Below are positions 46,544-55,634 of a stretch of DNA of 64,000 nt, one piece after another (within the stretch, counting starts at the first letter, position 1; each line of letters starts with the position of its first letter). The notes under the pieces are model-generated. The model searched no databases. It was not told the DNA's origin and worked only from the letters and a program-made list of their open reading frames with translations. Both the position numbers and the translations under genes were made by a program. Origin of the DNA: a candidate division WWE3 bacterium RAAC2_WWE3_1 (lineage in GTDB: Bacteria; Patescibacteriota; WWE3; UBA101185; UBA10185); contig CP006914.1 of the NCBI GenBank assembly GCA_000503835.1, forward strand, positions 785,680 through 849,679, in the 5' to 3' direction.

Positions 46544-48763
46544 TTACTTTTGAATAGGTTCCGCGTTATTATCCGACGTTGCCTGTGGCTTGGGGATCTT
46601 TTTTAATGTTCTGGTATAAATCACCACTTTGGCATCCTTCATAAGTTTCGATGAAAGTTGCTGGGAAAGCTCGCTGTGTTTTTCTGCGGTTAACCGTTCG
46701 CGGATATATTCCTTTGATTGCTCAAACGTAAGCTGTTCAGGTTCCGAACGATCCAGAACTTCGACGATGTAGATATAACCATTCGCTTCAAACGGTGGGC
46801 CGATTTCTCCTTTGGGAATAGCCTGGACCTGCTCATGGTACTGATGCTTGACAATTTCTCCCATAAGATCCATTTCCTCTTCCACCCATTCGGCAACTTC
46901 GCCTCCTTTATCTTTTGTGGCTTCATCTTCCGAATATTGTTTGGCAACAGAAGCAAAATCTTCTCCTTTTTTCAGAGGTCCGGGGACGAGCTTTTTGTAC
47001 GCTTCGTTAGCTTTGTCGAAGGCCTTTTTGTGTTCATCGTCGGTTGCGTTATCGGAACTACCCGCACGAATGACGATCTGACGAACCTTTGACTTGGCAG
47101 GTTTTATAAATTGCGGTTTGTTGCGGTTGTAGTACTCCTGGATATCTTTGTCCTCAACTTTGATTTTCTCATCTACCTCCTCCTGTTCAAGCATCTGAGC
47201 CAGGACTTTCAGGCGCATCTCATCTTTGCGCTCCTTTGTTTCAGTTTGGGATACCTGGCTTAGACTGTCTTCGTATAAAAGCAAACGCTCGATAATTTTC
47301 TCAACCAATGCCTGCTTACCTTCAGTACCGGCGTATGAAGATAGAAACGAAAGCGGCAGTTCCTGATATTCTTCCCAGAATTCACCCAACGTAAACCGTT
47401 TGCCGTTGACGGTAAAGAGTGTCCTGTCGGCATTGTCGGTATAATATTTCTTTTCCGTCTCGGTCAGGACCGCCGTCTGCACCTGTGAGCGGATTTCCTC
47501 AAAGCTCTGCTGCCGTTCCGGCTGTTTGGAACTAAGTTTGGCAATGACAAATGAATCTTTGTCAACAATAACATCGCTTATCTGCTGCGGATCTAGCCGG
47601 AAAATCGCTTCTTCATAACCAGGATCGTTTTCTCCTTTGATCCTTGTTTCTCCGGTCTGGGGAAGCGGAGAGCCGGTTATTTCCTGATACACCTGGCCAA
47701 AATCGCTTCCGGAACGGATTTTCGATAAAGTCTGTTCGGCTTTTTCTTTAGCCTTCTTTTCATCAGCGCCTTTCGGAATACGGATTTCAAATACAACGGC
47801 CTGGGCTTTGACCAGATATTTATCCTTATTGGCATCATAGTAGTTACGCAGTTCCCAGTCGGCAGGTTCAGGAATGACCAACACCGCCGGATCACGGGTA
47901 ATTGAGGCTTTATTTTTCAGACCGGTAATGTAGTTTTGGACAAACTGATCTTCTTTTTCACTCTGAAGTTTCGTTTTTATTTCTTCACGGACATCGGTCA
48001 GCGTTTTATCTCCGAAATCCTTTCTGTTGGCGTCATAGTAGGCACCGATGTCTCCCTCGGTTACCCCGAGTTGCCCTTTATGCATTTGGGCATGAAGCTC
48101 ATCCAGGTTTATTTCCTCGGTAATATGCTTCATCACATGGGAAAATTCTTTATCCTGATCGGGTTTGCGGGTAGCCTGCCAGCGTTTGACGATTTCATCG
48201 GTGATCATTTCCTGAACGATCAATGCATACCCTTGGGGAGACTTAAGCTGCATTTGCGTCGCCTTGTCCTCAACGAGAGACGCCAGATGCTTTTCAACAT
48301 CCTCAATCGTGATTCTGCCGCCGTCATATGCCGCGACGACATTAGGGGCTGGTGGCCAGGGGGCAAAAATGTCTTCACGAAATCTAAATATAAGAAATGC
48401 TGCAACTATAATTACGCCCAAAACAATCTTCTTCTTTTTTGATAAGTGAATTTTGGGGAGGGGTAATCGTGATGGCTTACTCTCCGGTGACTGCTCTTCG
48501 GCCTTAATAGACTCTATCGTTTGTACCGGGGGAATTTCCTGAGGTGGAATTTCTTTCGGAACCTCAGCACCTTTTTTATCAGGTTTCTTTTTCTCGTGTT
48601 GAATCCGCACCGGTTTTTCAGGCAGAGGTTTCTGTTTTTGGCTGCCTCCGGAAAAACCCAATGATTGTCTGATGTCAGCAAACACCTGACCCCAGTCCTC
48701 ACCGGATTTGTCTTTAGCGGCCACCTTCGGTTTGTGGTGGGAAGACATTGACTTTTGTTTCAT
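46544..48763 (-). CDS. Membrane-anchored PrsA/PpiD-like foldase with two SurA-N/parvulin modules
   Basis: One TM; GSDFGQV..ISDVI and GEDFASVAKQYSED..KGG..IGPPFE..IVEV. Confidence 0.82.
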   Translation of the reverse strand: MKQKSMSSHHKPKVAAKDKSGEDWGQVFADIRQSLGFSGGSQKQKPLPEKPVRIQHEKKKPDKKGAEVPKEIPPQEIPPVQTIESIKAEEQSPESKPSRLPLPKIHLSKKKKIVLGVIIVAAFLIFRFREDIFAPWPPAPNVVAAYDGGRITIEDVEKHLASLVEDKATQMQLKSPQGYALIVQEMITDEIVKRWQATRKPDQDKEFSHVMKHITEEINLDELHAQMHKGQLGVTEGDIGAYYDANRKDFGDKTLTDVREEIKTKLQSEKEDQFVQNYITGLKNKASITRDPAVLVIPEPADWELRNYYDANKDKYLVKAQAVVFEIRIPKGADEKKAKEKAEQTLSKIRSGSDFGQVYQEITGSPLPQTGETRIKGENDPGYEEAIFRLDPQQISDVIVDKDSFVIAKLSSKQPERQQSFEEIRSQVQTAVLTETEKKYYTDNADRTLFTVNGKRFTLGEFWEEYQELPLSFLSSYAGTEGKQALVEKIIERLLLYEDSLSQVSQTETKERKDEMRLKVLAQMLEQEEVDEKIKVEDKDIQEYYNRNKPQFIKPAKSKVRQIVIRAGSSDNATDDEHKKAFDKANEAYKKLVPGPLKKGEDFASVAKQYSEDEATKDKGGEVAEWVEEEMDLMGEIVKHQYHEQVQAIPKGEIGPPFEANGYIYIVEVLDRSEPEQLTFEQSKEYIRERLTAEKHSELSQQLSSKLMKDAKVVIYTRTLKKIPKPQATSDNNAEPIQK

Positions 48764-49847
48764 TTCCTTCCAGTAATTTTAGATTAACCCGTTCTCCCGG
48801 CTTAACGATATAGGTAGCGATTCTGGGAAATATTTTTTCCATCCGCTCCAGATACAGCCGGAAACGGGTTACCTGCTCTCCGTAAATACTACTGTTGGTT
48901 CTGTATTGGGTCAAAATTTCATTGAATGCCACCGCTGATCCGCTTGCTTCATTGATCTGCGCAGTCGCCGAACTGCTGGCTTCGGTGATCAATTTTTGGG
49001 CCTGTCCACGGGCCTCAGGAATGACGCTATTTTTATACCCTTCGGCTTCATTGACGGTTTTGCTTTTATCCTCTCTGGCGCTTGAGACGTCACGGAAGGC
49101 ATCGGCTACTTCATCGGGGGGATAAGCCTTTTGAAAGTTGACACTGACAACTGCCAGTCCGCTATTATATGAATCCAGAAGTGTTTGTGTTTCTTTCTGT
49201 AGCCGGTTCAAAACACTCTGACGTTCTGAGGTAAGAATATTATCTACTGCAGTTTCAGCGCTGATCTTTGTTACTGCAGCCCGCACGGCATCACGGACTG
49301 TCTGATACGGAGCATAGTCAATGTTAAAAAGGTAAGCGGCTGGTTCCCTGACCTGATATTGAACAATTACTTCATAATCAATAATATTGGTGTCACCGCT
49401 TAACACCTGCAACTTCCCGGGTTGTTCCATATGTTTGGGGTGCTCCGGTTCCGGACTAAGGAGACCGACACTTTCCCGTCTGACTTCGGAAACACTTACA
49501 ATGGTTTCTTTGTCAACCGGCCACGGCAGCCGATAATGCAGACCCTCCGATACTTTGGGACTGACTACTTTGCCGAAACGGGTAACTACCGCAGCTTCTC
49601 CGGGTTTAACGATATAAATACCTGAGAGAAAATAAATAACCACAATAATTTTGACAATATTCCCGGAAATATAGCGGGCATTAACGTGGGCAAAGGCCTG
49701 TTTGATGTCAGTCAGGGATGATGATCCGTCGGCTGACCGGATTTTGGCCGTGACCGACTGAATCAACCGCACCAGCATACCTATAACCGTGAGTATGCGT
49801 TTGGTAATCTGTGCTAACAGCTGTTTTATGTTGTTTGTTTGTTCCAT
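48714..49847 (-). CDS. hflK: HflK-like SPFH protein
   Basis: AVVTRFG, GLHYRLPWPV, LSGDTNI, PPDEVADAF.DV..ARED, ARGQA, RLYLE. Confidence 0.88.
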   Translation of the reverse strand: MEQTNNIKQLLAQITKRILTVIGMLVRLIQSVTAKIRSADGSSSLTDIKQAFAHVNARYISGNIVKIIVVIYFLSGIYIVKPGEAAVVTRFGKVVSPKVSEGLHYRLPWPVDKETIVSVSEVRRESVGLLSPEPEHPKHMEQPGKLQVLSGDTNIIDYEVIVQYQVREPAAYLFNIDYAPYQTVRDAVRAAVTKISAETAVDNILTSERQSVLNRLQKETQTLLDSYNSGLAVVSVNFQKAYPPDEVADAFRDVSSAREDKSKTVNEAEGYKNSVIPEARGQAQKLITEASSSATAQINEASGSAVAFNEILTQYRTNSSIYGEQVTRFRLYLERMEKIFPRIATYIVKPGERVNLKLLEGNETKVNVFPPQTEGGR

Positions 49848-49911
49848 ATAAAGATACCGACACTTCTTTTACTTATCTTCTTCACGATTTCAGCACTTCA
49901 TCTGAATCCGT

Positions 49912-50844
49912 TTACGGATTGAGATATTTTAAGAGTTCTGAATCGGAAGGAAGAATAAGCGTTGTGCCCTGATTTATGACCTTGTCGTATGATTCAAGCG
50001 TACGCAGAAACTGGTAAAACGCCGGATCCTTGCCGAAGGCCTGAGCATAGATACGGATTGCCTGGGCTTCACCCTCTCCCTTAATCTTGTTTGATTCCTC
50101 CTGAGCTTTGGATAAAAGAGTGATTTTCTCAGCGTCAGCTTCGGCTCTGATCTTTGTTGCTTCTTCTGTCCCTTCAGAGCGCAACTGCCTGGCTATCTGC
50201 TGACGTTCTGCGCGCATGCGCTGAAATACACTTTGTCTATTGGACTCGGGGAAATTAAGCTGTTTGAGCCGCACATCGGCAACTTTAAAGCCGTAGGATC
50301 GTGTCCGTTCGTCTGTTTGCTTGGTAAGGCCCGCAAGCATTTCATCCAGCTTCATCTGGCTTTGGTCGGTAGTGACCAAATTGGTCAACTCATACTGTGA
50401 CAGCGCCACTCCGAGTTCGGACGTAAGAATATCCGATAGCCGTGAGGACGCTCCCTGGGCATCTCTGACACTTTTGAAAAATTGCACTGGGTCATCTATC
50501 TGCCAGGTAGCGTATGCTTCTACCAATACGTTCTTCTTGTCTTTGGTCAGGAACTCGGTTTGGGTGACGTTATGCACCTGAACGCGCTTATCCAGGCGAA
50601 TTAGATTTTGCAAAGGATCGGGAAGTTTGACATACAACCCCGGCTCTTTAATCGCCCGGACCGGACTGCCGAACTGAGAGACGATGGCATACTGCGTGGC
50701 GTCTACCTGAAAAGCGACTAACGTCGAGAGAATCAATAGGATTCCGACTCCTAAACCAACTAACACTTTCGGCTGACGCAGCGTCTGCCAACTGATTCTG
50801 TTTCTTGCCTGGTCTACAAACGATGATTGTGTTCTGTTTCTCAT
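49912..50844 (-). CDS. hflC: HflC-like SPFH protein
   Basis: EPGLY.K.P, LTKDKK, RMRAERQQIA..RSEG, DPAFYQFLRTLESY. Confidence 0.92.
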   Translation of the reverse strand: MRNRTQSSFVDQARNRISWQTLRQPKVLVGLGVGILLILSTLVAFQVDATQYAIVSQFGSPVRAIKEPGLYVKLPDPLQNLIRLDKRVQVHNVTQTEFLTKDKKNVLVEAYATWQIDDPVQFFKSVRDAQGASSRLSDILTSELGVALSQYELTNLVTTDQSQMKLDEMLAGLTKQTDERTRSYGFKVADVRLKQLNFPESNRQSVFQRMRAERQQIARQLRSEGTEEATKIRAEADAEKITLLSKAQEESNKIKGEGEAQAIRIYAQAFGKDPAFYQFLRTLESYDKVINQGTTLILPSDSELLKYLNP

Positions 50845-50856
50845 AAATTCACCTCC

Positions 50857-52377
50857 TTACGGTTGAGCAGGTTTTCCATTAGTAATCCACAAATCAGTGG
50901 AATTGGTTTCCACCCGTGGATCGAGAATGTATTTTTTAATGTTTGGTAACACTTTCTCTAAAGACTCTAAATACAGTCTGGTACGGGTTACCTGAGGTGC
51001 ATTCTGATATGCCGCGAGTTTTTTGTTAAAGCGCTCTGATTCGCCGGTTGCCAAAGCGATCTTGCTGGCTTTTTCAGCTTCTGCTGCTGTTACCTGTTTG
51101 GTAGCTTCTCCGCGGGCAACAGCCACTGTCTCGTTTTTATACGCCAGGGCTTCATTCATGTAAGTATTCTTGTCTTCTCTGGCGCTGGCCACATCCAAGA
51201 ATGCGTCTGCGACTTCGTTGGGTGGAGTAACAGAAAGAAGCTGTATATTGGCAACTTTTATGCCAGTGTTATGTTCTTCAAGCAAGCTCTGAGTCTTTAT
51301 TGAAGTATCGGCGAGAATGGCACTTCGACTGGCCGTCAATAAATCATCGACACCCTTCTGAGCAACAGCAGCCCGGAATGCGGTTTCTGTTTCCTTAGCA
51401 AGTAAGTTTTCAGGATTTTGAGTGCTAAAAATATAGTTAGCTGGATTAGTGATCGTATACTGCACCGTTAATTTTGTATTAATGAGGTTGGTGTCTCCCG
51501 TAAGCACCAATGAAGCTTCAGTTTCGACTTGGCGAACTTGGTCAACATTCACTCGTGATATGGAATCGACAAGAGGCACACGAATATGAATTCCTGAGCC
51601 AAAAGTGCCGGCCACTTTTCCAAATCTCTGTACTACAGCCTGTTCGCCCATAGGAACGGTATAAACGCCGGAAAGCAGGATGAAAATAAGAGCAATGCCT
51701 CCGAGGTATGCAAGCATCCGCTTATTGTGCAAAAAGGCTAGGTGATGGTGTCCCTCAATATGATTGGGTAATGCCTGTTTGGTCCGCAGGGCATGAACGG
51801 CTGACTCGGCAATTTCCCAGCCGGAGGTAACGATCAGAACAATCACAAATATCGCGGCCAATTTATCCAAAGCCGGAAACCCAACAGCGGCGGCGATCAG
51901 ACCTACGACGACAAGCATTGAAGCATAAAGGTCCATCCGCGAGTGGTACCCGCTGGCAATCAGAGAAAGGGAGTCAGTTGCCCGACCAACGAATTCTTTA
52001 TAGCGTGCAGTGAAGTAGGTAATGGCAATTGTTAAAAATGCACCGATTGTCACGGGCCAGATATTTCGTAGATCGGGTGTTTCCGAAGCACCGGTTACTT
52101 CCCTGAAAATATCCAGCGCGGAGAAAAACATCAGACCTGAGACGATCAGGGCAACGATATTCTCGATTGTTCCTGCCTGCAACCGCCGTCTGGCTTCCCA
52201 GGCCGCAGATAAAAGCCCTAAAAGTACAAAGACAGAAACAAATACATCCCCGACAGAATGCCAGGCACTGGCTTTAAGGGATAAACTACCCGATGAGGAG
52301 GCAAGGAAGAACTTGAGAAGAACCAGAATAACGTTTGCAACAATGGTGACGACAATAGTTTTTTCTTTCCGGTTCAT
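50857..52377 (-). CDS. Cation diffusion facilitator TM domain fused to an HflK-like SPFH domain
   Basis: CDF site HSVGD/HSRMD; His-rich linker; then VVQRFG, LTGDTN, PPNEVADAF.DV, ARGEA, RLYLE. Confidence 0.85.
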   Translation of the reverse strand: MNRKEKTIVVTIVANVILVLLKFFLASSSGSLSLKASAWHSVGDVFVSVFVLLGLLSAAWEARRRLQAGTIENIVALIVSGLMFFSALDIFREVTGASETPDLRNIWPVTIGAFLTIAITYFTARYKEFVGRATDSLSLIASGYHSRMDLYASMLVVVGLIAAAVGFPALDKLAAIFVIVLIVTSGWEIAESAVHALRTKQALPNHIEGHHHLAFLHNKRMLAYLGGIALIFILLSGVYTVPMGEQAVVQRFGKVAGTFGSGIHIRVPLVDSISRVNVDQVRQVETEASLVLTGDTNLINTKLTVQYTITNPANYIFSTQNPENLLAKETETAFRAAVAQKGVDDLLTASRSAILADTSIKTQSLLEEHNTGIKVANIQLLSVTPPNEVADAFLDVASAREDKNTYMNEALAYKNETVAVARGEATKQVTAAEAEKASKIALATGESERFNKKLAAYQNAPQVTRTRLYLESLEKVLPNIKKYILDPRVETNSTDLWITNGKPAQP

Positions 52378-52473
52378 AGCTAGGTAATATGAATTCTCTG
52401 GGCAGCATCAATAACTTATTATTTTACTACAAATTGTAGGAGAATTGTGTCATAATTTCAAGAGGGTAGATAT

Positions 52474-53241
52474 ATGAATATTTTTAGCGCGATTTTGCTT
52501 GGACTTATTGAAGGAGTTACAGAATTTTTACCGATTTCATCAACCGGTCACATGATTCTAGTCTCCGATATTCTTAAGCTGCCTAATACTGATTTTCTGA
52601 AATCATTTGAGATAGCAATTCAAGTGGGAGCAATCTTTGCAATTATTGTCATGTACACACCAAGGTTCTTAAAGAATATTAGGGTATATCAGCTTCTTCT
52701 CTTCGCATTTCTGCCAGCAACAATAATTGGGTTCCTATTCTATGACTTTATTAAAACATATTTATTTAATCCAGCAATCGTTTCAGCAACACTAATAACA
52801 GGTGGAGTATTTCTTGTTTATTTTGATCGCAAGATAAAGAACCACTCAGAAAAGATTGAAAAGCTTGAGGAAATCTCCAGTAAAGATGCTTTTATTATTG
52901 GACTTTCACAAACTTTAGCCATGATCCCTGGAGTGTCGAGGGCGGCTGCAACTATCACGGGTGGAGTACTTCGAGGTTTATCCAAAAAACAAGCCATGGA
53001 ATTTTCGTTTCTTCTAGCAGTTCCAACAATGCTTGCAGCTACCGGATATGATTTGATAAAGACCTCGTCTAACTACTCAACATATGAATTTGGATTATTA
53101 GGGATGGGAAGTATTGTTTCGTTTGTATCAGCTTGGATAGCAGTTAGGCTCTTTATCAAAATCATAGACAAACATGGCTTAGCTTTTTTTGGTTATTACA
53201 GAATAATTTTAGGCGTGGTGTACTTGTTGTATTTTCAGTAG
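52474..53241 (+). CDS. uppP: Undecaprenyl-diphosphate phosphatase
   Basis: EGVTEFLPISSTGH, IPGVSRAAATI, EFSF. Confidence 0.95.
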   Translation: MNIFSAILLGLIEGVTEFLPISSTGHMILVSDILKLPNTDFLKSFEIAIQVGAIFAIIVMYTPRFLKNIRVYQLLLFAFLPATIIGFLFYDFIKTYLFNPAIVSATLITGGVFLVYFDRKIKNHSEKIEKLEEISSKDAFIIGLSQTLAMIPGVSRAAATITGGVLRGLSKKQAMEFSFLLAVPTMLAATGYDLIKTSSNYSTYEFGLLGMGSIVSFVSAWIAVRLFIKIIDKHGLAFFGYYRIILGVVYLLYFQ

Positions 53242-53252
53242 AAATATTTACT

Positions 53253-53420
53253 TCAATTGCTTAGCACTCTCTTCGGTCTTTGTTCAATTGGTTCACCTGA
53301 CGGTAAATCTACTTCTAAGGGGTTTACAGCTTCACCGTTTTTTAACATAGCGTATTGAAGATGAGCACCTATTAAGCCGACATATTCAATTTTCTAGTTT
53401 TGTTTGACTTCTGAATACGC
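53253..53420 (-). pseudogene. M23 peptidase C-terminal remnant
   Basis: EVKQN*KIEYVGLIGAHLQYAMLKNGEAVNPLEVDLPSGEPI with in-frame stop. Confidence 0.6.
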
Positions 53421-53498
53421 TTTTGTCCCTTCGGGGTAAAAAAAAGTCCAAAGATAAAATTCAAGCCTTTGAATTCAAGGGGTTAACGTATCAGCAGT

Positions 53499-54431
53499 TT
53501 ACCAAAACCTAAAACCCTTAAGTATCCGTTCATAGACCCGATAGGGTTTGGGTCCAACTAAACCTTTGCCATTAACAAATACCAATGGGGTACCGTAGAT
53601 ATTAGTTTTCTCCAGTTCGATCCGTTGCGCGACGACGGCCGCCTGGGTTTGGGGAGACTGGCTGCAGGAATTGATTGCCGACACGTCATATCCCAGATTT
53701 CCAAGAATATTTTCTACAAATTCCTTTTTGGCAATATCTTCCTTGGAGCTGGCAAAGAGTTTATCGTTTAACCGCCAGTATTTATTTTGGTCCTGGTTAT
53801 ACGCGCAGTAGCCGATAGGCAGAAGGTAAAGCATTTCTTCTTTGATGGGGTAATGGGCAAAGGTATAGTTGACCTGATTTTCTGAAATAAGTTTTTGGAT
53901 CAGCGGGTATGCTTTTCTGGTATAGTCGCAGCTATAACAACCAATGAATACCACCGAATCCTTGACTCCTTTATCAACGGTGGGGAAAAGACTTAAATCA
54001 ACGCTAGTAAGAGTAACCTTACTTTCATCTCCCGCTCCGTCTACACAACTGCCGCCGGTTTGGGAAACTTTATTATTCTCGCCTTTCGGATCCAGGGCAC
54101 AGAAGCCGGTTTTATTCAGACCATTGCAGCTGCCGTACATGTAATAGTTATAGAGTCCCTTGCCTGTCCAGAAAATGCTGGCGACTGTGGTGATAAATAA
54201 TATCCACGAAAGCAACTCAAAATGTCTGTTGACTATCCTGGCTGCAATAGCAGAACGGGAAAGCAGTGTTCCTACCAGCTGTGCCTTCATCTTTTCTTTA
54301 AACCCGGTAGTGCAGGGGCGAAGTGTAATCCGCCTAAAAACGCAGTCAAATGCCTCTTTAGCCAACCATCGGTGAGAGGCGCTAAATATACTGATAATTG
54401 ATAAAGCGATAAACGCTAAAATACAAAACAT
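53499..54431 (-). CDS. Membrane DsbA/thioredoxin-fold protein with Cys-rich N-terminal region
   Basis: CVFRRITLRPC, GCYSCDYT, YGTPLVFVNG. Confidence 0.7.
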   Translation of the reverse strand: MFCILAFIALSIISIFSASHRWLAKEAFDCVFRRITLRPCTTGFKEKMKAQLVGTLLSRSAIAARIVNRHFELLSWILFITTVASIFWTGKGLYNYYMYGSCNGLNKTGFCALDPKGENNKVSQTGGSCVDGAGDESKVTLTSVDLSLFPTVDKGVKDSVVFIGCYSCDYTRKAYPLIQKLISENQVNYTFAHYPIKEEMLYLLPIGYCAYNQDQNKYWRLNDKLFASSKEDIAKKEFVENILGNLGYDVSAINSCSQSPQTQAAVVAQRIELEKTNIYGTPLVFVNGKGLVGPKPYRVYERILKGFRFW

Positions 54432-54435
54432 AGGT

Positions 54436-55632
54436 TTAGAGAATACTTAATACCTTGTGTAATTCCTTAACAAAAAGTTCAGCTTCTTCAAGCGTGTTAT
54501 AAAAATAAACGGATGCCCGTACCGAGCCGGGAATCTTTCTGTCAGCAAACCACGAATGGACACAGTGTTGACCCGAGCGCACCATGATTTTTGTGGAGGC
54601 ATCAAGCATCAGGGCGATCTGGTGATGGTCTTTGCCGGAAATATAGAAGGAAATAATGCCGCTTCTTTCTTTCGGATCAGAAGGGCCAAGAATAACCAGA
54701 TTAGGGATTTTCTGCAGTTCCTCAGTTATGTAGCTATTCAGTGCATATTCCTGTTTCTGAATTTGGGCAAAACCAATCCTTTCAAGATACGAAACTGCTT
54801 CTCCCAAACCTATGATACCCGCATAATCCTGAAGACCCGCCTCAAACTTTTCCGGCGGGGGGAGAAATTCACAGGAATCATAGGTTGATGAAGAAACAGT
54901 ATCACCTCCGACTAAAAATGGTGAAAGTTTTTCCAGAAGTTCATATTTACCATAGAGGACACCCGTTCCGGACGGACCCAGCATCTTATGACCGGAAAAA
55001 GCCAGAAAATCAACATCCAGTTTCCTGACATCAATTACCTGATGCGGTATCGCCTGAGCTGCATCAAGTAACACGACCGCTCCGTCTTGATGTGCCAGTT
55101 TAATAATCTCGGCAGCGGGAATCGTCACACCGTCCAGGTTGGATGTCATGCCCAAGCTCACCAGTTTTACGCCGCTTTCTAGCGCCTGTTTGTAGGCATC
55201 CATGTCAAACGTATTATCGTCCCTCGACCGCACAATCCGGTGAATAATTCCGGATTTCCTATGCAATATTTGCCAGGGAATAAGGTTTGAGTTATGTTCT
55301 TTATCTGAAGTAAGAACTACGTCACCTTCCTTGAGATTTAAAGTATTTGCTACGAGATTAATTCCTTCGGTGGTATTTCTGGTAAAAACGATTTCTTCTT
55401 TCCGTTTGGCGTGCAGGAATTTGGCAATCCGCGTCCGGGCCTCGTCACACTTTTGGGTAACCTTAGCAGCCAGATGGTGGTTGCTTCTTCCGGCACAGGC
55501 AGAATACTCCTGATAATATTCGGTTACTGCGTTTATCACCGATTGAGGGCGCAAGCTCTGACAGGCATTGTCAAAATAAATGCCGTTTTCTGAAAGCACC
55601 GGAAAATCATGTCTGATTTTTGTTATATCCAT
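54436..55632 (-). CDS. SufS/CsdA-type cysteine desulfurase
   Basis: DAAQ, SGHKMLGPSG, VRSGQHC, VRAS.YFYNT. Confidence 0.92.
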   Translation of the reverse strand: MDITKIRHDFPVLSENGIYFDNACQSLRPQSVINAVTEYYQEYSACAGRSNHHLAAKVTQKCDEARTRIAKFLHAKRKEEIVFTRNTTEGINLVANTLNLKEGDVVLTSDKEHNSNLIPWQILHRKSGIIHRIVRSRDDNTFDMDAYKQALESGVKLVSLGMTSNLDGVTIPAAEIIKLAHQDGAVVLLDAAQAIPHQVIDVRKLDVDFLAFSGHKMLGPSGTGVLYGKYELLEKLSPFLVGGDTVSSSTYDSCEFLPPPEKFEAGLQDYAGIIGLGEAVSYLERIGFAQIQKQEYALNSYITEELQKIPNLVILGPSDPKERSGIISFYISGKDHHQIALMLDASTKIMVRSGQHCVHSWFADRKIPGSVRASVYFYNTLEEAELFVKELHKVLSIL

Positions 55633-55634
55633 AT

